Below, in pieces: positions 29,920 through 40,021 of a stretch of DNA of 64,000 nucleotides. Source of the DNA: a virus; IMG/VR virus record IMGVR_UViG_3300001868_000005; one strand, 5' to 3'. The notes under the pieces are model-generated. The model made no database searches. It was not told where the DNA came from and worked only from the letters and a program-made list of their open reading frames with translations. Positions within the stretch are counted from its first letter, which is position 1. The number at the start of each line of letters is the position of its first letter. Both the position numbers and the translations under genes were made by a program.

Positions 29920-30150
29920 TTAAAGTGTTATTGAAATATCTTTGAGAAATTTCTCTTTTGCATCTTCGATATTTATAATTCTAAAACCAATTGATACAAC
30001 AGGATTAGATGTATATTGTAAGTAAACAATGGATTTATTTTTTTGTAGTTCTTTTGCGTGGTTTAATTCACTAATAGACCAGTTTACTAATTTTGTAGTT
30101 CTCTGTGTTAGATTAGAAACATCTAATAATGTAATTCTGTAATTTCTCAT
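29920..30150 (-). CDS. Hypothetical early protein
   Basis: Likely start MRNY at 30150, after promoter at 30185-30192. Confidence 0.55.
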   Translation of the reverse strand: MRNYRITLLDVSNLTQRTTKLVNWSISELNHAKELQKNKSIVYLQYTSNPVVSIGFRIINIEDAKEKFLKDISITL

Positions 30151-30284
30151 AACATTTAATTTAAGTGTGCAACGTTGCAACCCACAAATATTTGTTATTT
30201 AATTTACAAAAGTCAAGCGTTTTGGTTATCAATAATGTTTCTAAATAAGCAAATGCCTGGAAATCAAAGATAAGATAGTGTAGT

Positions 30285-30614
30285 TTATTTTGATTCTAAA
30301 TTAATTAGTTGGTCATCTATGTAGTTTAACACTTCAATAGCTAAGGGAGTAAAGATAAAAGTATCATTTGAAACCCTTTCAATTAATTTATAGTTGATCA
30401 AATCTTTTAATACTTTACTAATAGATGAGGGCATAAGAGACCAGCCAACAACATAACGACTAATATATGCTTTTTTATCCCCTTTATATTGCATGTAGCA
30501 AGTGTATAGAACATATAGGTAGTATTGCTTAAGTTTATATTTGCGTGCAGCACAACGAACATAAAGAACTAATTTGGCTATATCTTCAGGTGTGTATGTC
30601 TTTTGTTCTGTCAT
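30285..30614 (-). CDS. Winged-HTH (MarR-like) transcription regulator candidate
   Basis: SSISKVLKDLINYKLIERV.....FTPLAIEVL resembles a MarR recognition helix and wing. Confidence 0.5.
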   Translation of the reverse strand: MTEQKTYTPEDIAKLVLYVRCAARKYKLKQYYLYVLYTCYMQYKGDKKAYISRYVVGWSLMPSSISKVLKDLINYKLIERVSNDTFIFTPLAIEVLNYIDDQLINLESK

Positions 30615-30665
30615 TATATTGGTTAAAGTAATATCATTTTGATATCATTAAGCAGGTAGTATTAA

Positions 30666-30754
30666 TTACATTCATGTAAAGATATGCACACAGGTGTAAA
30701 ATAATTCTTTACACTAACAATTTCTTTACACGTGTAAACAATTTCTTTACACGT
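30666..30754. repeat. Cluster of TTTACA(C)/(G)TGTAAA direct and inverted repeats
   Basis: AACAATTTCTTTACACGT twice (30716-30733, 30737-30754); perfect palindrome TTTACACGTGTAAA 30725-30738; dyad 30694-30714. Confidence 0.8.
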
Positions 30755-30926
30755 ATAACTCCCTATTATTGTGCTGTTTGTGCCTGTCATTGTGTCATAC
30801 ATTAGATCATTATTAATATTCATTTGCTTATTGGTTGTGTATTAGATAGATAGCGTTGGACTTTTATACATATTACCCAATGGCTGAATGAGTCTAAATA
30901 AGAATAATACTCTTATACTCTTTCTG

Positions 30927-31646
30927 TCAGGTAGATAGCTTTCCTTTGTCATATTTCTTATTGTTTGTGTGTTTTGTTTCAATTTTGGAGGGTGGCAGGT
31001 ACGCAAAAAGCCGATTTTCTGATGGTTGAGCCGGCTCTATATAATCATTAATTGGTGATAAGGACGAGGACTCGATGGTTAATTTTAGTGATAGATACAT
31101 GTCTCTCAATACAGAGTCGTCACTCCCTGTTGGTACATATCCCACAAATGGTAAATTACATGTAGGGGGTATTTTATTTGGGTGATTTTCGTCGTTCAGT
31201 TTAGCGAATTCCCCATAATATTTAATTGCTCTGTTATCGGAGTCTGCTATGGCCTCTTCGAGTGTATCAAAGGTCTTAGGAACGCACCACACGATTGATT
31301 TATACTTATCACTACCTACGCACTTACTGACCCTTATAGCCACTGTAGAGGGCGTACTGCGCATGCTTCTGTTTCTGGCGTTATCGCATAGTGTCGCAAA
31401 CCGGATATTCGTTGATCTCTGGTTATTCAATCCATTACTGTCTACGTGGTCAATTACTTTGTCTGGTAATTTCCCGACGAGAAACTCCTGAAGTTTTAGT
31501 TCATAATTAGGGATGCCAACAATCGTGTATGCGTAGCTGGAGTTTTTTTGTCTGTGTATATGCCACTTGTACTCCATACATGGTTCGTAGTCACAATCGT
31601 CTACCGTTGTTACCTCATTTGAATTATATAGTGGGATCTCTTTCAT
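30927..31646 (-). CDS. HNH endonuclease with AP2-like domain
   Basis: VIDHVDSNGLNNQR..NIRFAT..DNARN, then F.TLEEA...D..A..YYGEFAKLN. Confidence 0.85.
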   Translation of the reverse strand: MKEIPLYNSNEVTTVDDCDYEPCMEYKWHIHRQKNSSYAYTIVGIPNYELKLQEFLVGKLPDKVIDHVDSNGLNNQRSTNIRFATLCDNARNRSMRSTPSTVAIRVSKCVGSDKYKSIVWCVPKTFDTLEEAIADSDNRAIKYYGEFAKLNDENHPNKIPPTCNLPFVGYVPTGSDDSVLRDMYLSLKLTIESSSLSPINDYIEPAQPSENRLFAYLPPSKIETKHTNNKKYDKGKLST

Positions 31647-31692
31647 CGTTTGTATTGTGAGTAGTAATCCTTATCTCTGAGAAGATCGTTCA

Positions 31693-32677
31693 TTAGATGG
31701 GTTTATTTAGTATATCAACGGTTTTTCCCCATTCCAAAATATGTAATCTGTGATATATTTTATTGTTCTTAGTGAATCGCTGATCTTTTATTCCCAGTAC
31801 GCCTGTCATAATAAAATCTCTGGTGGCTCTTCTCTTGAGTGCCTTATAATATCTGACTTTTGAATCTGATCTTCGTTTCATTTCGGATACCTTCCTTTAT
31901 TTGCTCTCTGGGTTACTTTTAATTGAATTTTAGAAGCAGAACAGCCCATGTCTGAGTAGTACTTCTCCCACTCCATGCGGAGTTTGCTGTTGTCGGGGTA
32001 ACAATATTCAAATAGTGGGTTCATTTCTTGTGGTGTCTTATGTCCCAATCATTAAGAATAACATCTGTATCTTGACCATCCGTAGGTTGAATAGAGCGAA
32101 AATATACCGCAAACTCCGTCATATCTCTTCCTGTGAATTTCACACATGGATCTCTTTCCATTAGCACCTTTCCGTCAAAGTCAATGATCTGCTCAATACC
32201 TCTTACCGGGTCTGGGAATTTACCGGATCCTCTTACTTCTTTGTTGCAGTAGATTACTTGGATTACTTTTGTTTCGTTCATACCTCCCTCATTTCTTGTT
32301 CAATGCCGTCCAAAATATCTTGGCTTTTGATTGATTCGTTGTGGTGATTATTATTTTGACTTGCCATAAGCCCGTATGTTTTCCATAAATACATCACCTG
32401 TTTTATATTCAGGTAGTTGTCTCCATTCTCCCGATGGAAATTGGATATTTCATTCATAAATCCACGTGCGTTTTCTTCTTGGTTCATCTTAGAATATTAT
32501 TAAAACATCTTCACCAACTTCTTTCTTGCAAAACTCGTATCCAGTGTTTTGTTTGACCATGTGTCTTACAAGCACGTTTTCTTGTTTTGCTTCGGAAAAT
32601 ATTCCTTCGTCCGCAGATATCACCTTCATGTCTGGTGGGTACTTTGATAATTCCTCTTGAAGTTCTTTTACTGTCAT
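31693..32677 (-). other. Small hypothetical genes 31693-31881, 31878-32024, 32021-32281, 32278-32487, 32489-32677
   Basis: Coupled short ORFs; 31878-32024 (48 aa) is not in the ORF track. Confidence 0.6.
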
Positions 32678-32681
32678 AATT

Positions 32682-32927
32682 TTATTTTGAGTGACACCAT
32701 TTCTGAAACAAATCTTCCCATTCATCCATATCGTGAAATTCTTGCGCCTTAAACCACACGGAGAAATTAATCATATCTTTTTTGGTGTATCTTACCATTG
32801 GGTCGTATTCTACGATTGTATTTCCGTCGAAGTCGAGTATTTCTGTTATTCCTCTTACTGGGTCAGGATATACTCCGGTGCCTTTTGTTCTGTTGTCGGT
32901 GAATATCACCTGTATTACTTTTGTCAT
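32682..32927 (-). CDS. Hypothetical protein, paralogue of 32021-32281
   Basis: Shared TKVIQVI......G.G..PDPVRGI..I.DFDG....E.DP. Confidence 0.65.
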   Translation of the reverse strand: MTKVIQVIFTDNRTKGTGVYPDPVRGITEILDFDGNTIVEYDPMVRYTKKDMINFSVWFKAQEFHDMDEWEDLFQKWCHSK

Positions 32928-33160
32928 ACCTGTTTAAATTTTACTTTGTTCCAGTCCTTTGGAATTAAATCGGTTAGCATTTTTAAAGTTAAATCTGCCC
33001 TAAACTCGCTGCCATATTTGAACTTATTTTTAAATTCATCTACGGTTTTAAAAACAGATGTTCCATAAAATCTGTAATAAGTCCCGGTCTCCTCGAATGA
33101 GAACCCAATCGGATTGACTGCTTCTTCACTGGCTTCGACTTAATAAATAAATTTAATCAT
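32924..33160 (-). pseudogene. 78-codon reading frame interrupted by in-frame TAA at codon 7
   Basis: ATG 33160 coupled to the upstream stop; MIKFIY*VEASEEAVNPIGF...KFKQV; its TGA overlaps the next ATG. Confidence 0.5.
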
Positions 33161-33495
33161 TAGTCCTGATACTCATAGGTTTGTGGAATAAGTCCGGTTA
33201 TTTCGTCAATGTTTTCCGGTTCATGCCATTTAAAATTCTCCCACTTTTCTCTGGTTAGTTCTGCACCATCAAAATTAATTGGCTCTGGTATGATTGGGTA
33301 AATTCCTTTATGTGGGGTTTTCATTCTCCTTAACTCATCCTCAGTGAGCATTTCGTCTGGGATATATCCGGGTGGAAATCCGGTCAGTTCTGAAATGATA
33401 TTTGTTCCGTTGCAGACGCTACACGGTACTGTCATTTCCGACAAGGGAATAATATTGGTTCCGGTTCCGTTACATATTGGACATTTCTGAAACAT
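33160..33495 (-). CDS. Protein with DnaJ-type CxxCxGxG zinc finger
   Basis: CPICNGTG and CSVCNGT. Confidence 0.65.
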   Translation of the reverse strand: MFQKCPICNGTGTNIIPLSEMTVPCSVCNGTNIISELTGFPPGYIPDEMLTEDELRRMKTPHKGIYPIIPEPINFDGAELTREKWENFKWHEPENIDEITGLIPQTYEYQD

Positions 33496-33497
33496 AA

Positions 33498-33653
33498 TTA
33501 ATTGGTTATTAGTTGATTATCATCATCCGTATCGCCACCTGAGTCACAGAATGCAGCACACGAATAGACGCTTCCATCTGAATTCCGGTATCTGTCACAT
33601 TCGCAGGATTCTGGATCAAAAATACAGTCATCACAAAGATTTATTTCGTCCAT
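33498..33653 (-). CDS. Small acidic Cys-rich protein (51 aa, not in ORF track)
   Basis: MDEINLCDDCIFDPESCECDRY...CAAFCDSGGDTDDD; TAATG coupling. Confidence 0.55.
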   Translation of the reverse strand: MDEINLCDDCIFDPESCECDRYRNSDGSVYSCAAFCDSGGDTDDDNQLITN

Positions 33654-33847
33654 TATATTGTGTTTTTTATATTTTGAAATACAAACCCAATTAATTCATC
33701 GGCAGCTTTCATATATCTCTTATGCGCAGAGGAACTACGAAATGTTGCGGTAGTTTTAAACCCAAATATTTTTGCCAAGTCTTCATGTCTCAGTTTTAAT
33801 TTTCTTACGTTTGGGTACTTTACTTTTTCTTTTATTAGTTCTTGCAT
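33653..33847 (-). CDS. Small HTH-like DNA-binding protein
   Basis: HEDLAKIFGFKTTATFRSSSA; own promoter 33869-33876. Confidence 0.5.
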   Translation of the reverse strand: MQELIKEKVKYPNVRKLKLRHEDLAKIFGFKTTATFRSSSAHKRYMKAADELIGFVFQNIKNTI

Positions 33848-33902
33848 ATGCGGTTATCGAATACGCTGCAAATATACAACAATTAAAATCGGAAAGCAAG
33901 CA

Positions 33903-36900
33903 TTATTTTTTATTTAACTTAACCCTTTCACAGCACTCTGCAATCCATCCCACCAAGTAGGCATAATGCTCGTCTTTCCCATCATTAAAACCCATAGACA
34001 TTCCCAGTCCATCAAATATTGAAGACGCTGCATGGACGCTCTCGTGTGAAATATTTTTAATAGTAAAATGTTTTCTCCTAACGAAACAGATACATACACC
34101 AATCATTCTTGTTTCTTTCTGGGACACATTAAAAACAAACGCAGCACTTCTTTCAAAATAGTTTTCGCAATCTTCCTCAAATTCAAAGTTCTCCCTTAGT
34201 ATTTTTATATCATCTGTTACAACAATCCATAATCTCCTTGGATAAATCACTGGGTCAAATTCGTGTATTTGTATTTTATTCATTCGATATCCAAATAAGC
34301 GTAAATCAATTCAAGTATCTTCGGCTCAACCGTAAACGCACCGGACAGCATTGAGTTGACATATCTGGGTGACTTCTGTATTACGTCTCCTAAACGCCAA
34401 TTAGTTACGTGGTTAACCTTCATTGCATCGTCAATTTTCATTGCTGTAATCATCCTTTGTCTGACAATTTCTGCTTCTTCAGGGGAGCCCATTATTTCGT
34501 CTGCTATGTTCATGGTTAGTTTTCGCTTTTTGTATAACAATGTACTTCGTGATAATCACAGTGCTCGCAATTGTATTGTTTCCAAATGTATCCATTTTTA
34601 TTTCTCAGAGAAGAGGTGTTCCATAAAAAATCTTTACCGCATACGGGACAAAGTTTTTCAGCACCATCGGCATAACCGAGCAGTGCTAAGAATTTCCATG
34701 AAGGAACTCCTATTTTCTTTTTACCAGATTGGATCCATATAGTATCTGTGACTTTAATTTGGTCTAACATAATAATATATTCTGCTTTTTTGAATGTGTA
34801 TGTCGAGCCGGTGTATCCATTGTAACCACCTGCCGATATATAATTACCAAAATCAGCAACCCTGCCAATATTTGAAAAGGTTTTGTTCTTTAATTGAGAC
34901 TCCGTAATGTACTTATTTCCATATTTTTTAATCCACGCCTTGCCCTGTGGTGTATTTTTCATGGAGTCTGTTATCCCGACTATTGAAAATTTGTCAATGT
35001 CTTTATTTGTCCAAATATACCCTGACATTTTAAATACAGAGTCTGCCTCTGCGAAAGACTTATCGAATTTGTTTGTCGATAATATTTGTAGATTATTTTG
35101 CCCTACACAAACAAACGATAGGGTGATTAGGATTATTAAAATTAGTGTTTTCATTTGGGCTTGAGTTTAGTTAAACATTTAGTAACCAGATTATTGAGTT
35201 CTATTTGTTTTTCATTCATTTCCAACTGTGCATTATTGTTTTTTATTATTTTGCTGTTGATTTTGGCTTGTTCGCCAAGTGCTTCTGTAACCACAGCAAG
35301 TTCTTTTCTGATAGTGTCCAATTCATCTGAAATTGTGTGAATAGTTACAATATAAACGATACAGGCGATAATAAATGTTATAAAATATTCCATAATTATT
35401 TCTTTTTATTTTGATAATATGTTATTGTATCTTCCATGCAGCAACTCAAAAGTGTTCCGAGAAACTGTCTCTCGCATGAAGTAAGTTTAGATTTAAGGTT
35501 CAGAATGAGTTCACACTCAACCAATATCTTATCAGTTGTTAGTAATCCTCGTTCTTTTAATCTTGAATAAGCATCACGCTTTAATACTACTTCGGTGGTT
35601 ATGTTGTGTTTTTTATTATATATCGAAGTTTTATCGATAAGATTATGTCTGTCATTCTCAAGTTCTGTTAGATATTCAGTAACTTGATTTCTAAAACAAG
35701 CGTCCTGTAAAAATTGATTTGTTCCGAGTAGATTCTTCATTAATTATAAAGTATTTGCGTTAATAATAATTCTTCTTCTCCGAAATAATCACAACAACCG
35801 GTAAGTATGCTAACCTCCATTCCAATAACATATTCATCGTCAGACCTTACATTGTTCCCAATAAGATTTGCTAGTTCGTCGCCAAAGAATATGCACGTCT
35901 CGATATGTTCAACGAGTTTATAGTACGGTAGATTTTTCATTTATCCTCCTTCACAATAAAATGCGTTTTAGATTTGCAGATTCCATGCGATATTTCTATA
36001 CAGTGCTCAGATTCAATCAGATCACAATTTGCACAATGTGTGTTATCCGACTGAACCAGCTTCCATTTCTTCTTCTTTAGTTCTTCGATAGATTCTTTCA
36101 TATCGTTTGCGTATCTGTTACTGCAATTAAATGACCAGGGCAACCGTGTTCAAAATAATCAAATCCTTCGCACGGAGAACATGGAATTTTCTTCCACCCC
36201 TTTCCCTGACATTCTGCAAGATATTTTCGTGCTTCAGTATCACTCATTTGGCTACCGTCGTCATTGGTGAAATATGTTATCTTTTTCCTTTTGTGGAACC
36301 TCAAACAACCTTCAATATTTAACGACATGTGATAATTTGAATGATATACTTTACCAACTTCCATTTTTGATTCGTCCATGTTGTTTTTTAAATGATTACC
36401 ATGATATTAATGTTGGTTCTTCGTCGTCATTTCGACTTGCTTTCGTAAACGATTTCACTGAGTAGCCCTTTTCTCTCAAATAGTATTCGATGTGTTCGGG
36501 TAGTTCGCCTGTCTCTACTTCGTTTTTAAGACCTGCAATACGGATTGATGTAAAGATAAAAATTAGTTCCTCCTCGCAGTCTTTCTCGATCTGTGCCAAC
36601 GTCAGGTTTTTAGTTTCCTGTGCCGTGGGGTAAAGAGGTGTGTGTATTTTGTATTTCTTTGGTTCCATAGTTTTGCAAATTTATAATTAATTTTTGGTTA
36701 AGTCAATATCAGTGCGTTATCAATAATCATTCTTAATTGCGGAGTATTTCAAGTAGTCTTTTTATCTTACTCTCGTTCCGTATTTCGTATTCCAGTAAAA
36801 TCCGGTAGCAGTCACAACTTATAATCTGAATTCCGAAACTGAAAACAAGATCGTTTTTTGCTGCCATTAGCTGATATTTTATGCTTAGGGTGTTTAGGAA

Positions 36901-36915
36901 TACGTAGGGAGTCAT
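33903..36915 (-). other. Run of hypothetical genes
   Basis: ORFs 33903-34283, 34280-34513, 34516-35154 (signal peptide, C-terminal CxxC pairs), 35151-35393, 35396-35740, 35740-35940, 35937-36101, 36098-36379, 36396-36668, 36733-36915. Confidence 0.65.
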
Positions 36916-37580
36916 AATTTTAACGTTAATTCGTGTTCCGCTAATAAAAAATCTCCCCACTGCCTTGCTGCCGCTTCCGCAATTCCCTGATAGGTTTTGG
37001 ATCTTAACTTTGACCTTTCCGGCCCTGGTGACATTTTAAATATTTTTTGCTCTCTGCCTGAAACAATGTTCGTTGGAATTAATTTCGGTAAATTCTTCAG
37101 CCACAAACAGGTTGCTTTTGTTTCTCCGTGTCCAAACATCCAAGGCTGTAATACCTGATCTGGTTTTCTATATCTCGTACTCATTACACCGATAGGATTT
37201 TCAATGGCTATATGGTCACAGTTGGCATAAACTAACCCCATAAAAAACATTATAGCCCCTCCTCTCGCCTCACATCTTTCCCTGCCAACAAGCGCACCTG
37301 ATTTACGTTCCGGCTGATCTTTATACCACTTGTTCGCACTAATCGTTAAATAATCACATGGCGGATGCGCAATGATTAAATCCCAAAATTTAGGATACGC
37401 TAACCCTGGCTTACCAAGTATATCCCAAATACTTTTTTGTATGTGCCATTCTGGGTGTCCTCCGCTTTCTTTTTGAATATCGCAGGAATAAGCCTCAAAT
37501 CCAAGTTTACGAAACTCCATTGTGACAATTTGAGACTCCTCGCATGCCACCAATACTTTTACATCTTCTGGTTTCCTCAT
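36912..37580 (-). CDS. DNA cytosine methyltransferase-like protein
   Basis: VLVACEESQ, YSCDI, DLIIAHPPC (catalytic PC), IAIENP, FGH...KATCLWLKNLP, RSKTY.GIA.A.A.QW. Confidence 0.8.
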   Translation of the reverse strand: MRKPEDVKVLVACEESQIVTMEFRKLGFEAYSCDIQKESGGHPEWHIQKSIWDILGKPGLAYPKFWDLIIAHPPCDYLTISANKWYKDQPERKSGALVGRERCEARGGAIMFFMGLVYANCDHIAIENPIGVMSTRYRKPDQVLQPWMFGHGETKATCLWLKNLPKLIPTNIVSGREQKIFKMSPGPERSKLRSKTYQGIAEAAARQWGDFLLAEHELTLKL

Positions 37581-37669
37581 ATTATTCGTTTTTATGCGCT
37601 TTTAATTCGATTATGCGAACTTTCTATGCAGATTCAATAGTTAGTTCCACTTTGTACTTAAAATTCGTC

Positions 37670-38225
37670 TCAGGGCTTTAAATTGCATTTTTCAATTAGG
37701 TCTTTTTGGGACTGGGTTAATTCAAAATCTTCTTTGGTGGATTCAGGTCTGGAGTAACTCACGACTTCCTGGATGGTAAAGATACCACATTTCGGGCAAG
37801 GGAGTAGTGGTGCACTTCTCAGGTAAATATTCATCAGTTGATGAAAATTGTTTTTCTGCTGCATAGTTGGTTCATCGCTATCGCAAAATGAGAATTCTGT
37901 AATCGTCGAACATTTTCGACATTTGGTTTCATAGGTTAGGTTTTCCATTAGAAATAGTTTATGTAAATTGATACTCCGAGAATAAACGCAATTATGAGAG
38001 TGCGCCAGTCGATTAAAAAGAGTAATAGTTTTTTCATTTTGTCCATTTTTCGATTAATGATTTAAAAGTTTCAATATAATTTTCATTTTGCGAAATATCG
38101 TGTTCACATATTTTTATTTGTTCGTCGTTTAATTCACCGGAATCAAATCTTGTTTGCAGATAATCATTATTGTTTTCGCATTTTATAACTAACTGATCGA
38201 GTGTAAATAATATTAATTTTTTCAT
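37670..38225 (-). other. Small genes 37670-37948 (two CxxC), 37948-38037 (29 aa hydrophobic peptide), 38034-38225
   Basis: Coupled short ORFs. Confidence 0.55.
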
Positions 38226-38227
38226 AA

Positions 38228-40021
38228 TTACCATCCTGTATCTGTTGATTGAATATTAGATTTTTCTGTTTTATTAAAGAATAAACTTCTTGTATCGAGT
38301 TCATAAAAAATATCAATTACCTTACCACTTCCACGCTTATTCACAAGTCTTATATTTCCATATTTGTTATTATAGTCTGGCATTCCTTCGGTTGTCATTT
38401 TGTGTTGTGCCATAGAAATGTAAAAATCACAATTGTCAATAATTTTTTCACTCCCCCGAACAGCCTTACTTAAATCCCGGCACTCTCTATCCTCTCCTTT
38501 GGAAATGTGACAAATAAGAATAACAAACATATTCCACTTCTTAGCCAGATCCTTTAGCTCTTTGGTCGCCTGAGAATATCGTGCCGTTTCCTCTCCGGCT
38601 CCACCCATCATCCCAAGTCCGTCAACAACCAAAACATCCACCATTCCGGTTCTTGCTACAATTTCTTTTATCATTTCATCATATCCATCACAGGTCATTG
38701 ACCCTGCATCTGCCATCCACAGTTTATCCCCCAAAATTGGAGAAGCGTTTTCTTCTAACGCCCTGACAACATATTCGTGATCGTGTTTGTCAATTATTTC
38801 AAGTTCAAGTGATGCAGAATATTGTTCCGGTTCAAGTGTCATATTAATTGTTCTCTCCATTAGGTTTGCTACGCTCATTTCCATTGTACTATACAAAACC
38901 CTCTGACCGCTGGTTATATTTGAAAGAGCAACAAACTGAGCAAATAAAGATTTCTTTGACCCACCGTAACCGATTATATCACATACCTTACCCCTGAGTT
39001 TTCCTCTCATTTCTTTTTCAAGTTCTTCAAAAACCAAAGTAAGTCTGTTTTTCTCTGGCTTAATTGAGTCAAGCCAAAGTGGTATTGCATCCTGAAAAGT
39101 GTATAATTTGAATTTTTGTTCTACCTGAACCCTTACTTTTGCTGCACTTCTGACAATAGACGTAATTTCTTCTACCAACAATGGTTCAGTCGATGATTTA
39201 TTTAAAGATGAAATAATATCAAAAACAACTGGTTCCGAAAATGTAGAGTTTTTAAAAAGAGAACATGCCTGTTTATGGTAGCCACTATTTCTGTTTCCTG
39301 CCGGCATTACCCCCCAAAACCCATCACTATCCTTTGCGCCATATTCCGTTGCTTTAGTTCCAGAAAGATAAGACAAAAAATCATTGAATAATTTTTCTGA
39401 TTTCTGAATATCCGTGTATAAGATTTTTCTATTAGCCTCTCGTGGAGCCATAGAAATTTCTTTTATGTTTTCTATTCCTAAATTTAGTTCATCAAGTGTA
39501 ATTTCTACCTTGTATCTTCCGGTCTTTGCGTGTTTTGAGTTTGGAATACGAATAAGTCTGTGATCTTCATAAATCACAGTATCAATATTCGCTATTCCAC
39601 CGAAAGTATCTTTAATATAATTTTTACACTTACTCCCAATTGATTCAAAATATCTACCGTGAATTCCCAATAGTCTATCACACAAATAAACGTGAAACCC
39701 CTTATTGCCCGAATAATAAATAAAAAGTTCATCTGGTGAAATATTGTAAATTGAATTTAGTCTGTCAATAACCTGTAATGTGCTGTGTCTACTTCCTTCA
39801 AGATCATTTTCGTTGTCAATGTCAATACAGAGAAATAAGCAAGCATGTTCACCGGAATATCCTTTGATCGTACCATGTAATTCAACGTATGGCAGGATGT
39901 TTTTATCAAAGGGGAACAGTGAAGTATATGCCTCGTAATCTCTCGACATTTTACCGGCTTTGCTTATCGGAACAATATTTCCCCTGTTATTAACGCTTCT
40001 TTCGACTAATTCTACGTACAT
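38228..40021 (-). CDS. Primase-helicase fusion (AEP primase plus DnaB/RecA-like helicase)
   Basis: AEP motifs IDID, YSGNKGFH, RLIRIPNSKH; Walker A GYGGSKKS; Walker B VLVVDG. Confidence 0.85.
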   Translation of the reverse strand: MYVELVERSVNNRGNIVPISKAGKMSRDYEAYTSLFPFDKNILPYVELHGTIKGYSGEHACLFLCIDIDNENDLEGSRHSTLQVIDRLNSIYNISPDELFIYYSGNKGFHVYLCDRLLGIHGRYFESIGSKCKNYIKDTFGGIANIDTVIYEDHRLIRIPNSKHAKTGRYKVEITLDELNLGIENIKEISMAPREANRKILYTDIQKSEKLFNDFLSYLSGTKATEYGAKDSDGFWGVMPAGNRNSGYHKQACSLFKNSTFSEPVVFDIISSLNKSSTEPLLVEEITSIVRSAAKVRVQVEQKFKLYTFQDAIPLWLDSIKPEKNRLTLVFEELEKEMRGKLRGKVCDIIGYGGSKKSLFAQFVALSNITSGQRVLYSTMEMSVANLMERTINMTLEPEQYSASLELEIIDKHDHEYVVRALEENASPILGDKLWMADAGSMTCDGYDEMIKEIVARTGMVDVLVVDGLGMMGGAGEETARYSQATKELKDLAKKWNMFVILICHISKGEDRECRDLSKAVRGSEKIIDNCDFYISMAQHKMTTEGMPDYNNKYGNIRLVNKRGSGKVIDIFYELDTRSLFFNKTEKSNIQSTDTGW

